A DNA stretch of 12,555 nt from a bacterium (lineage in GTDB: Bacteria > SZUA-182 > DTGQ01 > JAFGSM01). The DNA lies in contig JBLIRO010000114.1 in the NCBI GenBank assembly GCA_049472335.1, forward strand, positions 1-12,555, in the 5' to 3' direction. Positions 1 through 7,764 of this stretch are shown here, one piece after another (positions within the stretch are counted from its first letter, which is position 1; the number at the start of each line of letters is the position of its first letter). A program made the position numbers and the translations under genes. The notes under the pieces were generated by a model. It was not told where the DNA came from, searched no databases, and saw only the letters and a list, made by a program, of their open reading frames with translations.

Positions 1-149
1 ACTAAGACCCTAAAAAAATTAGCTCTTTTAAATGTTGAACATCTAAAAAGTTCTCTCCCAGACTGTCTTATGTCGTTCTCAAAAGATTTTTTATGATTTT
101 ATAAAATTGAAATCAAGATAAAAAGGGGAGCGTTGGTATATTTATTGCA

Positions 150-193
150 TTTGATTTTTTATATTTGTATATCAACCGGTATAAAAAATCAAA
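150..193. repeat. Perfect 14-bp inverted repeat with 16-nt spacer, upstream of the Gly/Tyr-rich gene
   Basis: TTTGATTTTTTATA (150-163) is the exact reverse complement of TATAAAAAATCAAA (180-193). The AT-rich context lowers its significance; function is unknown. Confidence 0.55.
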
Positions 194-471
194 AAAATCT
201 TTGGGGATTTTTTAAGAAATTTTTATCCGGGAGGTGGTGTCCGATTGATGAAAAAGGCATTTAATCTGTATATATAAATAAAATCTTTTTTATTTATAAG
301 GATAGAAAATTTCTGAAGAAAATATTTATATATGCAAAACAAGTCATAGATCAATGATTTTTTCCTGTCTTCGATCCACATTTTTTATTATGAAAGGGGG
401 GGGATAAGTAACAGGTAATAGCTCAAATCTTCTCAAAATATTTTGGTTAGATTTTAGAAAAGGAGAGTAAA

Positions 472-1113
472 GTGAAAAGTAAGGATATTTCGATTATAAA
501 ATTTTTATTTTTAGGCACTCTATGCCTTTTTCTTATCTGCCTGGGATTTATTGTTCCTTCCGAGGCTTATTACGGGTCTTATGGCGGTTACTATGGCGGC
601 ATGTACGGTAGCTACGGCTATGGCACCTATCCTAATTATGGCGGTTACTATGGCGGCGGTTACTATGGCGGCATGTATGGCGGCGGTTATGGCGGCATGT
701 ATGGCGGCGGTTATGGCGGCATGTATGGCGGCGGTTATGGTGGCATGTATGGCGGCGGTTATGGTGGCATGTATGGCGGCATGTATGGCGGCGGTTATGG
801 TGGCATGTATGGCGGCGGTTATGGTGGCATGTATGGCGGCACCGGAGCATTTCCGCTAACACCAGGCACCTTTCCCGGCGGTTTACAGGGATTAACCATT
901 CCTTATATGTCTCCTTTCTTCCAGTCAATGTATCCCCTGTATACAACCTTCGGACAGGGCATGTCTCCCTCCAATTATCTGGGAATGTCTATATTAAGCT
1001 CTTATAGCAGCCTTGCAGGTCGAAGCGGTATATATGGCGGTCTGTATGGAATGTATGGCGGCATGTATGGCGGTCTTGGTGGATTATTTGGTCTTATGGG
1101 AGGATTCTGGTGA
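472..1113 (+). CDS. Secreted Gly/Tyr/Met-rich low-complexity repeat protein (hypothetical)
   Basis: GTG start preceded by AAGGAG (460-465). The N-terminus looks like a Sec signal peptide (MKSK, hydrophobic stretch, ...VPSEA|YYG). YGGM/YGGG repeats vary at synonymous positions (GGC/GGT), consistent with this frame being coding. A terminator follows. Confidence 0.85.
   Translation: MKSKDISIIKFLFLGTLCLFLICLGFIVPSEAYYGSYGGYYGGMYGSYGYGTYPNYGGYYGGGYYGGMYGGGYGGMYGGGYGGMYGGGYGGMYGGGYGGMYGGMYGGGYGGMYGGGYGGMYGGTGAFPLTPGTFPGGLQGLTIPYMSPFFQSMYPLYTTFGQGMSPSNYLGMSILSSYSSLAGRSGIYGGLYGMYGGMYGGLGGLFGLMGGFW
664..840 (+). repeat. Coding tandem repeat: 12-nt units TATGGYGGCATG (YGGM) and TATGGCGGCGGT (YGGG), mostly alternating as a 24-nt dimer
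   Basis: 14 full 12-nt units plus a 9-nt partial unit, read directly. The alternation breaks once (YGGM-YGGM at 760-783). Confidence 0.95.
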
Positions 1114-1209
1114 TATTAAAATAATATGTATCCATCTATGTAGTTTTTCATTATTTTTTTAATGAAAACATACATGCGTTAAATAATACATATTTTAATA
1201 AAAAACAAT

Positions 1210-1266
1210 AAGGGGTTTAGGTCATACGTAAATTGGAGACAAGGCCTAAACCCCTTTTACTTTTTT
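1210..1266 (+). terminator. Probable intrinsic terminator with a large loop
   Basis: AAGGGGTTTAGG (1210-1221) pairs perfectly with CCTAAACCCCTT (1245-1256) and is followed by TTACTTTTTT. It lies about 100 nt downstream of the 472-1113 CDS. Confidence 0.75.
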
Positions 1267-1387
1267 AACCCAAATCTTATATTTGATTTATTTCCAGTTT
1301 TGTGCCCTCTGCGTTATCTGTGGTAATACTTATAAACCCAAGAATATAAAGAGATTTGACGTTGCCGTGCTTATAAACAGTCCTCGC

Positions 1388-1417
1388 TTGACACCGATAG
1401 GGTTTTTTGGTTATAAA
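1388..1417 (+). promoter_or_regulatory. Candidate sigma70-type promoter for the leuC-leuD-pgpA-pilD cluster
   Basis: Perfect TTGACA (1388-1393), 18-nt spacer, TATAAA (1412-1417); about 85 nt upstream of the ATG at 1502. Confidence 0.45.
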
Positions 1418-1501
1418 TAAAGACCTCAAGATTTTATTAAAAGAACATGTATATTTCATCAAAAGAGTCCTTCAGGACTCAAATGAAACAATAAGGATCT
1501 C

Positions 1502-2758
1502 ATGAAAGAAACCCTTGCGCAGAAGATTATCTCACGCCACTGTGGCAAACCGGTTGAGCCTGGTGAGCTGGTGGTTGTACCCATAGACTGGGCCATAACT
1601 CAGGACGGGACAGGTCCTCTGGCGGTACAGCAAGTGGAACGGCTTGGATTTGAAAAGGTATTTAATCCAAAACGGGTTATACTATTTATCGATCATGCCG
1701 CCCCAAGCCCCAGAAAAGAGCTGTCCGACGCACACCAATTACTCAGGTCTTTTGCCGGAAAAACCGGGGCTATACTTTCTGATGTGGGTGAGGGTGTTTG
1801 CCACCAGAGATTAGTGGAAGATTTCATCCGCCCCGGTGATATCCTGATCGGAGCCGATTCCCACACCTGTACATCGGGTGCCCTTAGTGCCTTTGCCACC
1901 GGAATGGGATCTACGGATGTTGCTGTTGGAATGGCCCTTGGCAAGACATGGATGAGGGTGCCTGAAACCATAAGGATTGATGTCACAGGTGAATTCCAGC
2001 CAGGTACGTTTGCGAAAGACCTCATATTGTTTGTCATCGGAAAAATAGGGGCGGACGGGGCGACATACAAGGCCCTGGAATTTGGTGGCCCTGGCATAAA
2101 TAGTATGCCCATGTCAGATCGCTTTACCCTGACAAACATGGCAGTTGAGGCCGGGGCGAAAACAGGATTAATAGAATCGGACGACGTATGCCGTGAATAT
2201 CTGGAAAAACAAGGACGAACAAAGGACTATCAGGGGATTTTCCCTGATAAAGGGGCCGGTTATTGTCAGAGATTAAGTATTGATCTGAAAGAGATAAACC
2301 CAATGGTTGCTTGTCCTCACAGGGTAGATACTGTTTGCTCAGTTGAAAAGCTGATTGGGAAGAAAGTGGACCAGATTTTTATCGGCACCTGCACCAATGG
2401 CCGTATTGATGATCTGAGGATTGCCTCCAAAATCTTAAAGGGAAAACATGTGGCTGAACATACTCGGCTGATTGTTGTCCCGGCATCAAAAAAGGTATTT
2501 CTTCAGGCCATTGACGAAGGTATCATGAAAGATCTTATTGAGTCAGGGGCAATTGTCCTGGCTCCGGGATGTGGCCCATGCGTGGGGATTCACGAGGGTA
2601 TACTCGGGGAAGGAGAGGTTTGTCTTAGCACTCAGAACAGAAATTTCTTTGGCAGGATGGGCAATCCAAAGGGGTTTATATACCTTGCTTCTCCGGCCAC
2701 AGCGGCTTATACCGCAATTAAAGGGACTATATCAGATCCCAGGGAGATATTTCCGTGA
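1502..2758 (+). CDS. leuC: 3-isopropylmalate dehydratase / homoaconitase family large subunit (short archaeal-type LeuC/HacA)
   Basis: Aconitase-family motifs [32 protein letters not shown] (three [4Fe-4S] Cys ligands), RNFFGRMG and LASPATAA; 418 aa; AAGGA RBS. Substrate (isopropylmalate vs homoaconitate) is unresolved. Confidence 0.92.
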   Translation: MKETLAQKIISRHCGKPVEPGELVVVPIDWAITQDGTGPLAVQQVERLGFEKVFNPKRVILFIDHAAPSPRKELSDAHQLLRSFAGKTGAILSDVGEGVCHQRLVEDFIRPGDILIGADSHTCTSGALSAFATGMGSTDVAVGMALGKTWMRVPETIRIDVTGEFQPGTFAKDLILFVIGKIGADGATYKALEFGGPGINSMPMSDRFTLTNMAVEAGAKTGLIESDDVCREYLEKQGRTKDYQGIFPDKGAGYCQRLSIDLKEINPMVACPHRVDTVCSVEKLIGKKVDQIFIGTCTNGRIDDLRIASKILKGKHVAEHTRLIVVPASKKVFLQAIDEGIMKDLIESGAIVLAPGCGPCVGIHEGILGEGEVCLSTQNRNFFGRMGNPKGFIYLASPATAAYTAIKGTISDPREIFP

Positions 2759-3252
2759 TAACCGGAAGGGTATGGAAATTTGGTGATGACATCAGCACGG
2801 ATCTCATAGCTCCGGGCAGGCTTTTCCATCTTAGAACAAACCTGCCCGAGTTTGCCAAACATGTTCTGGAAGACGCTGATCCTGAATTCCCTAAAAAGGT
2901 CAGGCCCGGAGATATTATTGTTGCCGGTAAAAATTTCGGCCTCGGATCCAGTCGCGAGCATGCCCCTCTAATCATAAAGATGGCAGGTATAGGTGCAGTA
3001 TTAGCAAAATCCTTTGCCCGGATCTTTTATAGAAACGCCATAAATATTGGCCTTCCCCTTCTTGACTTGGACACAGATCCGATTTCTGACGGTACAATCA
3101 TCGAAATCGATTTGATAAATGGATCGGTAAAAGACAAAGAAGGACATATCAGCCTCAAAGCCACACCCATTCCTCCCTTCATGATAAGGATACTGGAAGA
3201 GGGTGGCCTTGTCCCTCATATACAAAAACACGGGGACTTTTGTCTGGAATGA
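2755..3252 (+). CDS. leuD: 3-isopropylmalate dehydratase / homoaconitase family small subunit (LeuD/HacB)
   Basis: [27 protein letters not shown] and [16 protein letters not shown] motifs. The GTG start overlaps the large-subunit stop (GTGA). Confidence 0.92.
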   Translation: MITGRVWKFGDDISTDLIAPGRLFHLRTNLPEFAKHVLEDADPEFPKKVRPGDIIVAGKNFGLGSSREHAPLIIKMAGIGAVLAKSFARIFYRNAINIGLPLLDLDTDPISDGTIIEIDLINGSVKDKEGHISLKATPIPPFMIRILEEGGLVPHIQKHGDFCLE

Positions 3253-3315
3253 TTTTGGTCTCCTTTAAAAACCTTTATCCTACAAAACAATATTCAGGAT
3301 CGAAAGGCTAGGGAG

Positions 3316-3789
3316 ATTAAGGAAAGAGCAAAAGAAATCTCTGTATTACTGGTTAAAATCCTGGCTACAGGCCTTGGATTAGGATATTTACCCATCTGTC
3401 CGGGTTCGTTTGGATCCTTCGGGGCAATAGGTGTGTACTTCCTTCTTTTAAAATTAACCCCTCCCTTTCATCTTGGGATAATTATATTAGTTTTTCTTTT
3501 AGGTGTATTGATATCTAAACAGGCAGAGGTTGTTTGGAAGAAAAAGGATCCGAAAGAGGTCGTAATCGATGAGATTGTCGGTTATTTAATAACAATGGGA
3601 TTACTCCCCTTTAATCTCATTAAAGCACCAGCCGGTTTTCTTCTCTTTCGTATGTTTGATATACTTAAACCATTCCCAATTAGAAGAATTGAGCGAATAG
3701 AGGGGGGGTGGGGCATAATGCTGGATGATGCAATAGCAGGTCTTTACGCTGCCCTCATACTTAGATTGCTCTTTAGGATAAGGATATGA
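3316..3789 (+). CDS. pgpA: Phosphatidylglycerophosphatase A (start uncertain; ATT at 3316 proposed, ORF track gives 3433)
   Basis: KDPKEVVIDEIVG, FRMFDILKPFPIR and GGWGIMLDDAIAG are PgpA signatures. The conserved N-terminal block LATGLGLGYLPICPGSFGS is encoded in frame at 3361-3417, upstream of the ORF-track start. Confidence 0.85.
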   Translation: MKERAKEISVLLVKILATGLGLGYLPICPGSFGSFGAIGVYFLLLKLTPPFHLGIIILVFLLGVLISKQAEVVWKKKDPKEVVIDEIVGYLITMGLLPFNLIKAPAGFLLFRMFDILKPFPIRRIERIEGGWGIMLDDAIAGLYAALILRLLFRIRI

Positions 3790-3846
3790 CCAGATATTTT
3801 TTATTCTTATTTTAATTTTTATTTAAAAAATGACGAATAATTTCAT

Positions 3847-4635
3847 ATGATAGATTTAATAAGATTACTCCTATATCCGTGTCTTTTTATATTGGGATTA
3901 ATAATTGGAAGCTTTTTGAATGTATGCATAAGCAGGATACCAAGAGGGGATTCAATCGTCCTGCCCGCTTCTCGTTGTCCCAAGTGCCATATTCCTCTTA
4001 AGTTCTATGATAATATCCCCGTTATCAGCTATATCTTTCTCGGTGGACGTTGCAGGGGCTGTGGTGAGAAAATTTCCTGGCAATACCCTGTTGTTGAATT
4101 ACTTACATGTGTCCTTTTTCTCACTGTTGGATGGAGATTTGGCCCTTCATGGCCCTTGATTCCCTATCTTGTATTTACATCATCTCTTATAGTAATTGCA
4201 TTTATCGACACGGAGCATCTGATTATTCCGGATATTATATCTTTGCCAGGGATTTTAATAGGTTTTTTAATAAGTTTTTTACCCTTCATGAGTGTTAGGC
4301 CTATTGATTCTCTTATTGGGATTTTTGCCTGGGGCGGATGTTTTTGGTTAATAGCGATTATCGGCAAATGGATATGGAAACGTGATGCCATGGGAGGAGG
4401 GGATATAAAGCTAATTGCTATGATAGCAGCATTTTTAGGCTGGCGGGGTGGGCTGGTAACAGTCTTTTGGGCTTCTCTTATCGGATCGATCTGTGGAGGA
4501 TTTCTAATGCTTATTAAAAAGAAGGGGAGAAGAGATTTGATTCCCTTTGGGCCATTCCTATGTCTTGGTGCCCTGATCAGTTTGTTATATGGACCGGAAA
4601 TGATTCAGTGGTATAAAAACCTTTTACAGCTATAA
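3847..4635 (+). CDS. pilD: Type IV prepilin peptidase / N-methyltransferase (peptidase A24A)
   Basis: GSFLNVCISRIP, two CxxC pairs (SRCPKC, GRCRGC), AFIDTEHLIIPD and MGGGDIKL (two catalytic Asp), IPFGPFL; multiple hydrophobic segments. Confidence 0.95.
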   Translation: MIDLIRLLLYPCLFILGLIIGSFLNVCISRIPRGDSIVLPASRCPKCHIPLKFYDNIPVISYIFLGGRCRGCGEKISWQYPVVELLTCVLFLTVGWRFGPSWPLIPYLVFTSSLIVIAFIDTEHLIIPDIISLPGILIGFLISFLPFMSVRPIDSLIGIFAWGGCFWLIAIIGKWIWKRDAMGGGDIKLIAMIAAFLGWRGGLVTVFWASLIGSICGGFLMLIKKKGRRDLIPFGPFLCLGALISLLYGPEMIQWYKNLLQL

Positions 4636-4638
4636 ATC

Positions 4639-4905
4639 TTACTTTGAATCCTCTTCAATGGTTATATTCAGTCCCTTCAAAGTCTTCATGACTGCCTTGT
4701 CAAGGACATTGCTGATATTATCGCTTACCTTGTTGATATGCTTGAAAAATTCATTGATAAAACAGGATTTGTCCTTGTCCGAAACAACACCGCTTTTCAT
4801 AAGACATCCAAAGATATAATCCGCCTTATCCTGGAGCCTTCCCTCTGTATTTGAAATTGGAGTCAAGATATTTGTTAGGATCTTCTTTTTGACATATTTA
4901 TACAT
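4639..4905 (-). CDS. Small helical hypothetical protein, weakly phasin-family-like (COG3937-type)
   Basis: GAGGTG RBS 4 nt before the ATG on the minus strand. The stop lies 3 nt from the pilD stop (convergent). The pattern M..VKK.L...A..I...L.K.G.VS......I.E......V.K.L..LNI resembles phasin-like proteins (recognised by eye only). Confidence 0.6.
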   Translation of the reverse strand: MYKYVKKKILTNILTPISNTEGRLQDKADYIFGCLMKSGVVSDKDKSCFINEFFKHINKVSDNISNVLDKAVMKTLKGLNITIEEDSK

Positions 4906-5581
4906 TTGACACCTCGCGATCTATTTCAAATTTTTATCTTAATTACTATATACCCTTTATTGTAATATAAATATCAGTTATTAGGAAATTAATCAAATCC
5001 AGATATAATTAGACAACCTTCTTTTTCAAAATTTGATTAAAAGGTTTAAGCAATTGAATCACAGGCCATAATTTCTTTAAATATTACATAATTATAGACG
5101 AGATCTATTATAATATAATTATGGATTTGTAAGCTTTAAGACTCGCTTTTGATAAATCACAAACCCGCCCTTTAGCTTTATAGACTCTGTAAAAAGCAAA
5201 TTGATCCTTCGGGCTAAAGATTTTTGATTTGAACTCAAAAAGTTTCGCCAAAATATTTTAATCTCCTTTACAGTCATATTAAGGCCCCCCCTCTTTCATG
5301 TAGAGCAATCCTCCATTTAATTGCTCCCTCAAGAGAGAGGCATTAGAAGACTTGCCTAAAAAATATTTTTTAATATATCATTTAAATAATGGGAGACAGA
5401 TTTTTTTGATATTTTACTAAGAAATTTCATCTGCTCAGCTAAACCAAATTGTGCAAAACTGAAAATCGATAAAAGACGGTCATATGCAGAATAGATATAC
5501 AACAATTCACCTGATTTCGATTAGCCAGCCGTGGTTAGCCAGTTTCTCAGAGATCTAGGCGTGAAATAAGCGATTAGCAGC

Positions 5582-6946
5582 ATGATTATTAATCATACGA
5601 TTAGAGAGATAAATCCTATAAATCAAAAAGAGTTAATAGAAACGTCTTCTCAACTCAGAAATGTCTTGGGAAAACATATGGATATAATTAAACAACTTGA
5701 TCCTCTGCCAAGTGAAAGAGAAAAGACTAAGAAATTTAGAAAAGAGCTTATTAAATCTTTTGGTAAATTTTGTGCAATTTGTAACTCGGACCATTGGATA
5801 GATACCCATCATATTGTCCCTCTTGAAATAGGTGGCGAAACAGAAATTGAGAATTTAATTCTTTTATGCAAGAAACATCACACATTATGTCATTCTGGCT
5901 ACTTGTCAATTAATTCGATTAAGGAGATTTCTAGTGAATGGCGGAAAGGTCATAAAGATTTTACCAATATAGTGTCAGATAATAGGAATGTAAGTTCAAA
6001 ACCTACTATAATGATTCCTCCTGCAGGTATCAAAAATACTTTGGATCAAGTTTTAGTTTTACAACGGGAGAGGAAGCTGAAGAAAGCTTCAGAATTATTG
6101 GTAAGAAAACTTAATAATAGTATTATTTCCGAGCCAGAGAGAAATTATCTATTTATTAAACTGGCGGAAATTAACCGTCGCAGGGACATGCAAGGCTCAT
6201 TAAAAAAGGCCTTCTTTTGGATTAATAATGTTGATTTGAATTCTCTTCCCAAGAAATTTTTTCCGGTTTATGCTTACGAAAGCTTCTATATGTATAGATT
6301 GGCAGGCTTCCATGAAAAGGCTTTAAATATAGCCAATTCAAGTGCAGAGTCTCTAAAAGTAAGTGAAGACAGACTTCGACCTTTAGAATATGTTGCAGCA
6401 GTTACCAACAAAATTCTTTGTAAGCTTGCCAAATATGATGAACCAACACCGTCACAAGTTGAATATTTTATAAATAATATCAATGAATTAAAAGAAATAG
6501 CACAAAAACATGGAGAGTATTGGGGTGGAAGATGGGCCATTAACTGTGCTGCCCACAGATTGCAAATATATGTTAAGGCCAAGGAAAGTAAAAAAAGCCT
6601 TGTTGAGCTAGAAAAGTTGACCAACCTATATCATGATTGTGACATCAGAACGGGATGGGATTCTGGGAATCTTCAGTCTTTTTCTCTTCTTAAAGGTCTC
6701 ACAAGTGTTTTATTTCTGAATGACCGGGATGAGATTAAAAAAGGAGTGGAACTTCTTGCCCGTTCTTTTTGTGCTAGACAAAGACGAAGCCAGCGGTTTG
6801 AAGGTATCAGAGATATAGGATTTGGTATATCTATTGGTTTTAGAAAATTAGGCCAACATTTAGAAACTGCAGAAATTCTTTCTAAAGTTATGAGCAGAAG
6901 TATCGATGGAACTTCGTATATTTGGCCATGGATAGATTCTCATTGA
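5582..6946 (+). CDS. HNH endonuclease domain protein with a long, probably alpha-helical (TPR-like) C-terminal region
   Basis: CAIC...DTHHIVPLEIGGETEIENLILLCKKHHTLCH is a canonical Zn-binding HNH motif in a 454-aa open frame. There is no clear RBS at 5582; the in-frame ATG at 5678 is an alternative start. Confidence 0.85.
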   Translation: MIINHTIREINPINQKELIETSSQLRNVLGKHMDIIKQLDPLPSEREKTKKFRKELIKSFGKFCAICNSDHWIDTHHIVPLEIGGETEIENLILLCKKHHTLCHSGYLSINSIKEISSEWRKGHKDFTNIVSDNRNVSSKPTIMIPPAGIKNTLDQVLVLQRERKLKKASELLVRKLNNSIISEPERNYLFIKLAEINRRRDMQGSLKKAFFWINNVDLNSLPKKFFPVYAYESFYMYRLAGFHEKALNIANSSAESLKVSEDRLRPLEYVAAVTNKILCKLAKYDEPTPSQVEYFINNINELKEIAQKHGEYWGGRWAINCAAHRLQIYVKAKESKKSLVELEKLTNLYHDCDIRTGWDSGNLQSFSLLKGLTSVLFLNDRDEIKKGVELLARSFCARQRRSQRFEGIRDIGFGISIGFRKLGQHLETAEILSKVMSRSIDGTSYIWPWIDSH

Positions 6947-7142
6947 GATATGGCAAATTAGAGGCTTTAATTAATCATAAACATAAGAAGAATAAAGGGC
7001 TAATTGATAGAAGTGGCCTTGTTATCTTGACTGTGAAATGTGATTAGTATGGTTATTTGTGCTTCAGGCAGTTCAGCTTCAATTTAGGTGCAAAGCGGGT
7101 TATCATTGACTAACTAAGAAAGTAATTCAAATACTTTTTTGG

Positions 7143-7179
7143 TTATATGATAAAATATTATATAATAAAAAGAAGGAGG
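7143..7179 (+). promoter_or_regulatory. Toxin-antitoxin promoter/operator region: palindrome overlapping a TATAAT box, plus RBS
   Basis: TTATATGATA (7143-7152) and TATTATATAA (7156-7165) form an inverted repeat with 9/10 match. TATAAT at 7161-7166; AGGAGG at 7174-7179. Confidence 0.5.
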
Positions 7180-7187
7180 AAAAAATA

Positions 7188-7403
7188 ATGCTATCAACAA
7201 AAGAATTAATTTCAGAGGCATTACAATTAAAGCCGGCAGAAAAATTTATTATTATTGAAGCTTTAATTAATAGTTTGGATGAACCTAATCCTGAAATCTC
7301 TAAAGAATGGGCAATGGAAGCAGAAAAAAGGTTAAAGGCTTATAAGGAAGGAAAACTTGAAACCATATCATTTGAAGAAATGTTTAAAGAAAAAAATAAA
7401 TGA
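7188..7403 (+). CDS. Putative addiction module antitoxin (TIGR02574-type)
   Basis: 71 aa with the pattern ALQLKPAEK...L..SLD......EW..EAEKR..AY..G; strong RBS; ATGA overlap with the downstream toxin. Confidence 0.88.
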   Translation: MLSTKELISEALQLKPAEKFIIIEALINSLDEPNPEISKEWAMEAEKRLKAYKEGKLETISFEEMFKEKNK

Positions 7404-7693
7404 AGATTAAGATTGCCAAAATTGCTCAGCAAGAGTTCAATGAAGCAAAACAATTCTATGAGATAGAACAAGCCGGATTGGGCTCTCGATTTGAAAAAGA
7501 CATAAAAAACGCTATTCTACGTATCAAACAATTTCCTTCTGTTTGGCCTATTGAAAGGAAAGAAGTATGTCGTTACATAGTTCACAGGTTCCCTTATAAA
7601 ATATTATATTCAGTCCAACAAGATACTATTATTATACTTGCCCTTGCCCATCAGCATAGAAAACCTGATTATTGGATTGAAAGAATAAAATAG
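7400..7693 (+). CDS. Type II toxin, RelE/ParE family
   Basis: 97 aa with the pattern A.QEF.EA..FYE....GLG.RF...I......I.QFP...RFPYKILY......I.ILALAHQHRKPDYW; translationally coupled to the antitoxin. Confidence 0.9.
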   Translation: MKIKIAKIAQQEFNEAKQFYEIEQAGLGSRFEKDIKNAILRIKQFPSVWPIERKEVCRYIVHRFPYKILYSVQQDTIIILALAHQHRKPDYWIERIK

Positions 7694-7764
7694 TCATTGA
7701 ACATTCAATCCCAATTTTGAAAATAATCGATTATTTGAATTGTTAACCGGAAAAGAGATATAAA

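Noticed and set aside
664..840. Possible CRISPR array
   Set aside because: Contiguous 12-nt units with no unique spacers, inside a CDS, and no cas genes.
551..946. Alternative-frame ORFs 551-859 (+, MAAVMAAC repeats) and 632-946 (-, HNRRHTC repeats)
   Set aside because: Shadows of the stop-free tandem repeat. Only the 472-1113 frame has an RBS, a signal peptide and synonymous-only variation.
1138..1175. AT-rich hairpin (TTTTCATTA/TAATGAAAA) after the repeat-protein stop
   Set aside because: Weak all-AT core with no U-tract after it. The 1210-1266 hairpin is the better terminator.
1277..1462. 61-aa minus-strand ORF
   Set aside because: No recognisable motif or RBS, and it overlaps the leuC promoter region.
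1465..1480. GAGTCC-TTCA-GGACTC hairpin in the leuC leader as an attenuator
   Set aside because: Only 6 bp, no U-tract and no Leu- or Lys-rich leader peptide found; function unsupported.
3241..3252. C-L-E-TGA as a CxxU selenocysteine motif fusing LeuD to PgpA
   Set aside because: No SECIS-like hairpin is visible 3' of the TGA, LeuD is already full length, and the fusion makes little functional sense.
5440..5545. c-di-GMP-I riboswitch-like words (GCAAAAC ... GGTTAGCCAGTT)
   Set aside because: No GNRA-capped P2 stem, and the spacing does not fit the aptamer.
5497..5580. Degenerate integron attC site before the HNH gene
   Set aside because: Only weak pairing (TTCACCTGATTTC vs GAGATCTAGGCGTGAA), no proper GTTRRRY end, no second site after the gene and no integrase. 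IntegronFinder would settle it.
6961..6975. GAGGCTTTAATTAAT, matching 14/15 to the antitoxin gene at 7257-7271
   Set aside because: Short, AT-rich and does not extend; probably chance.
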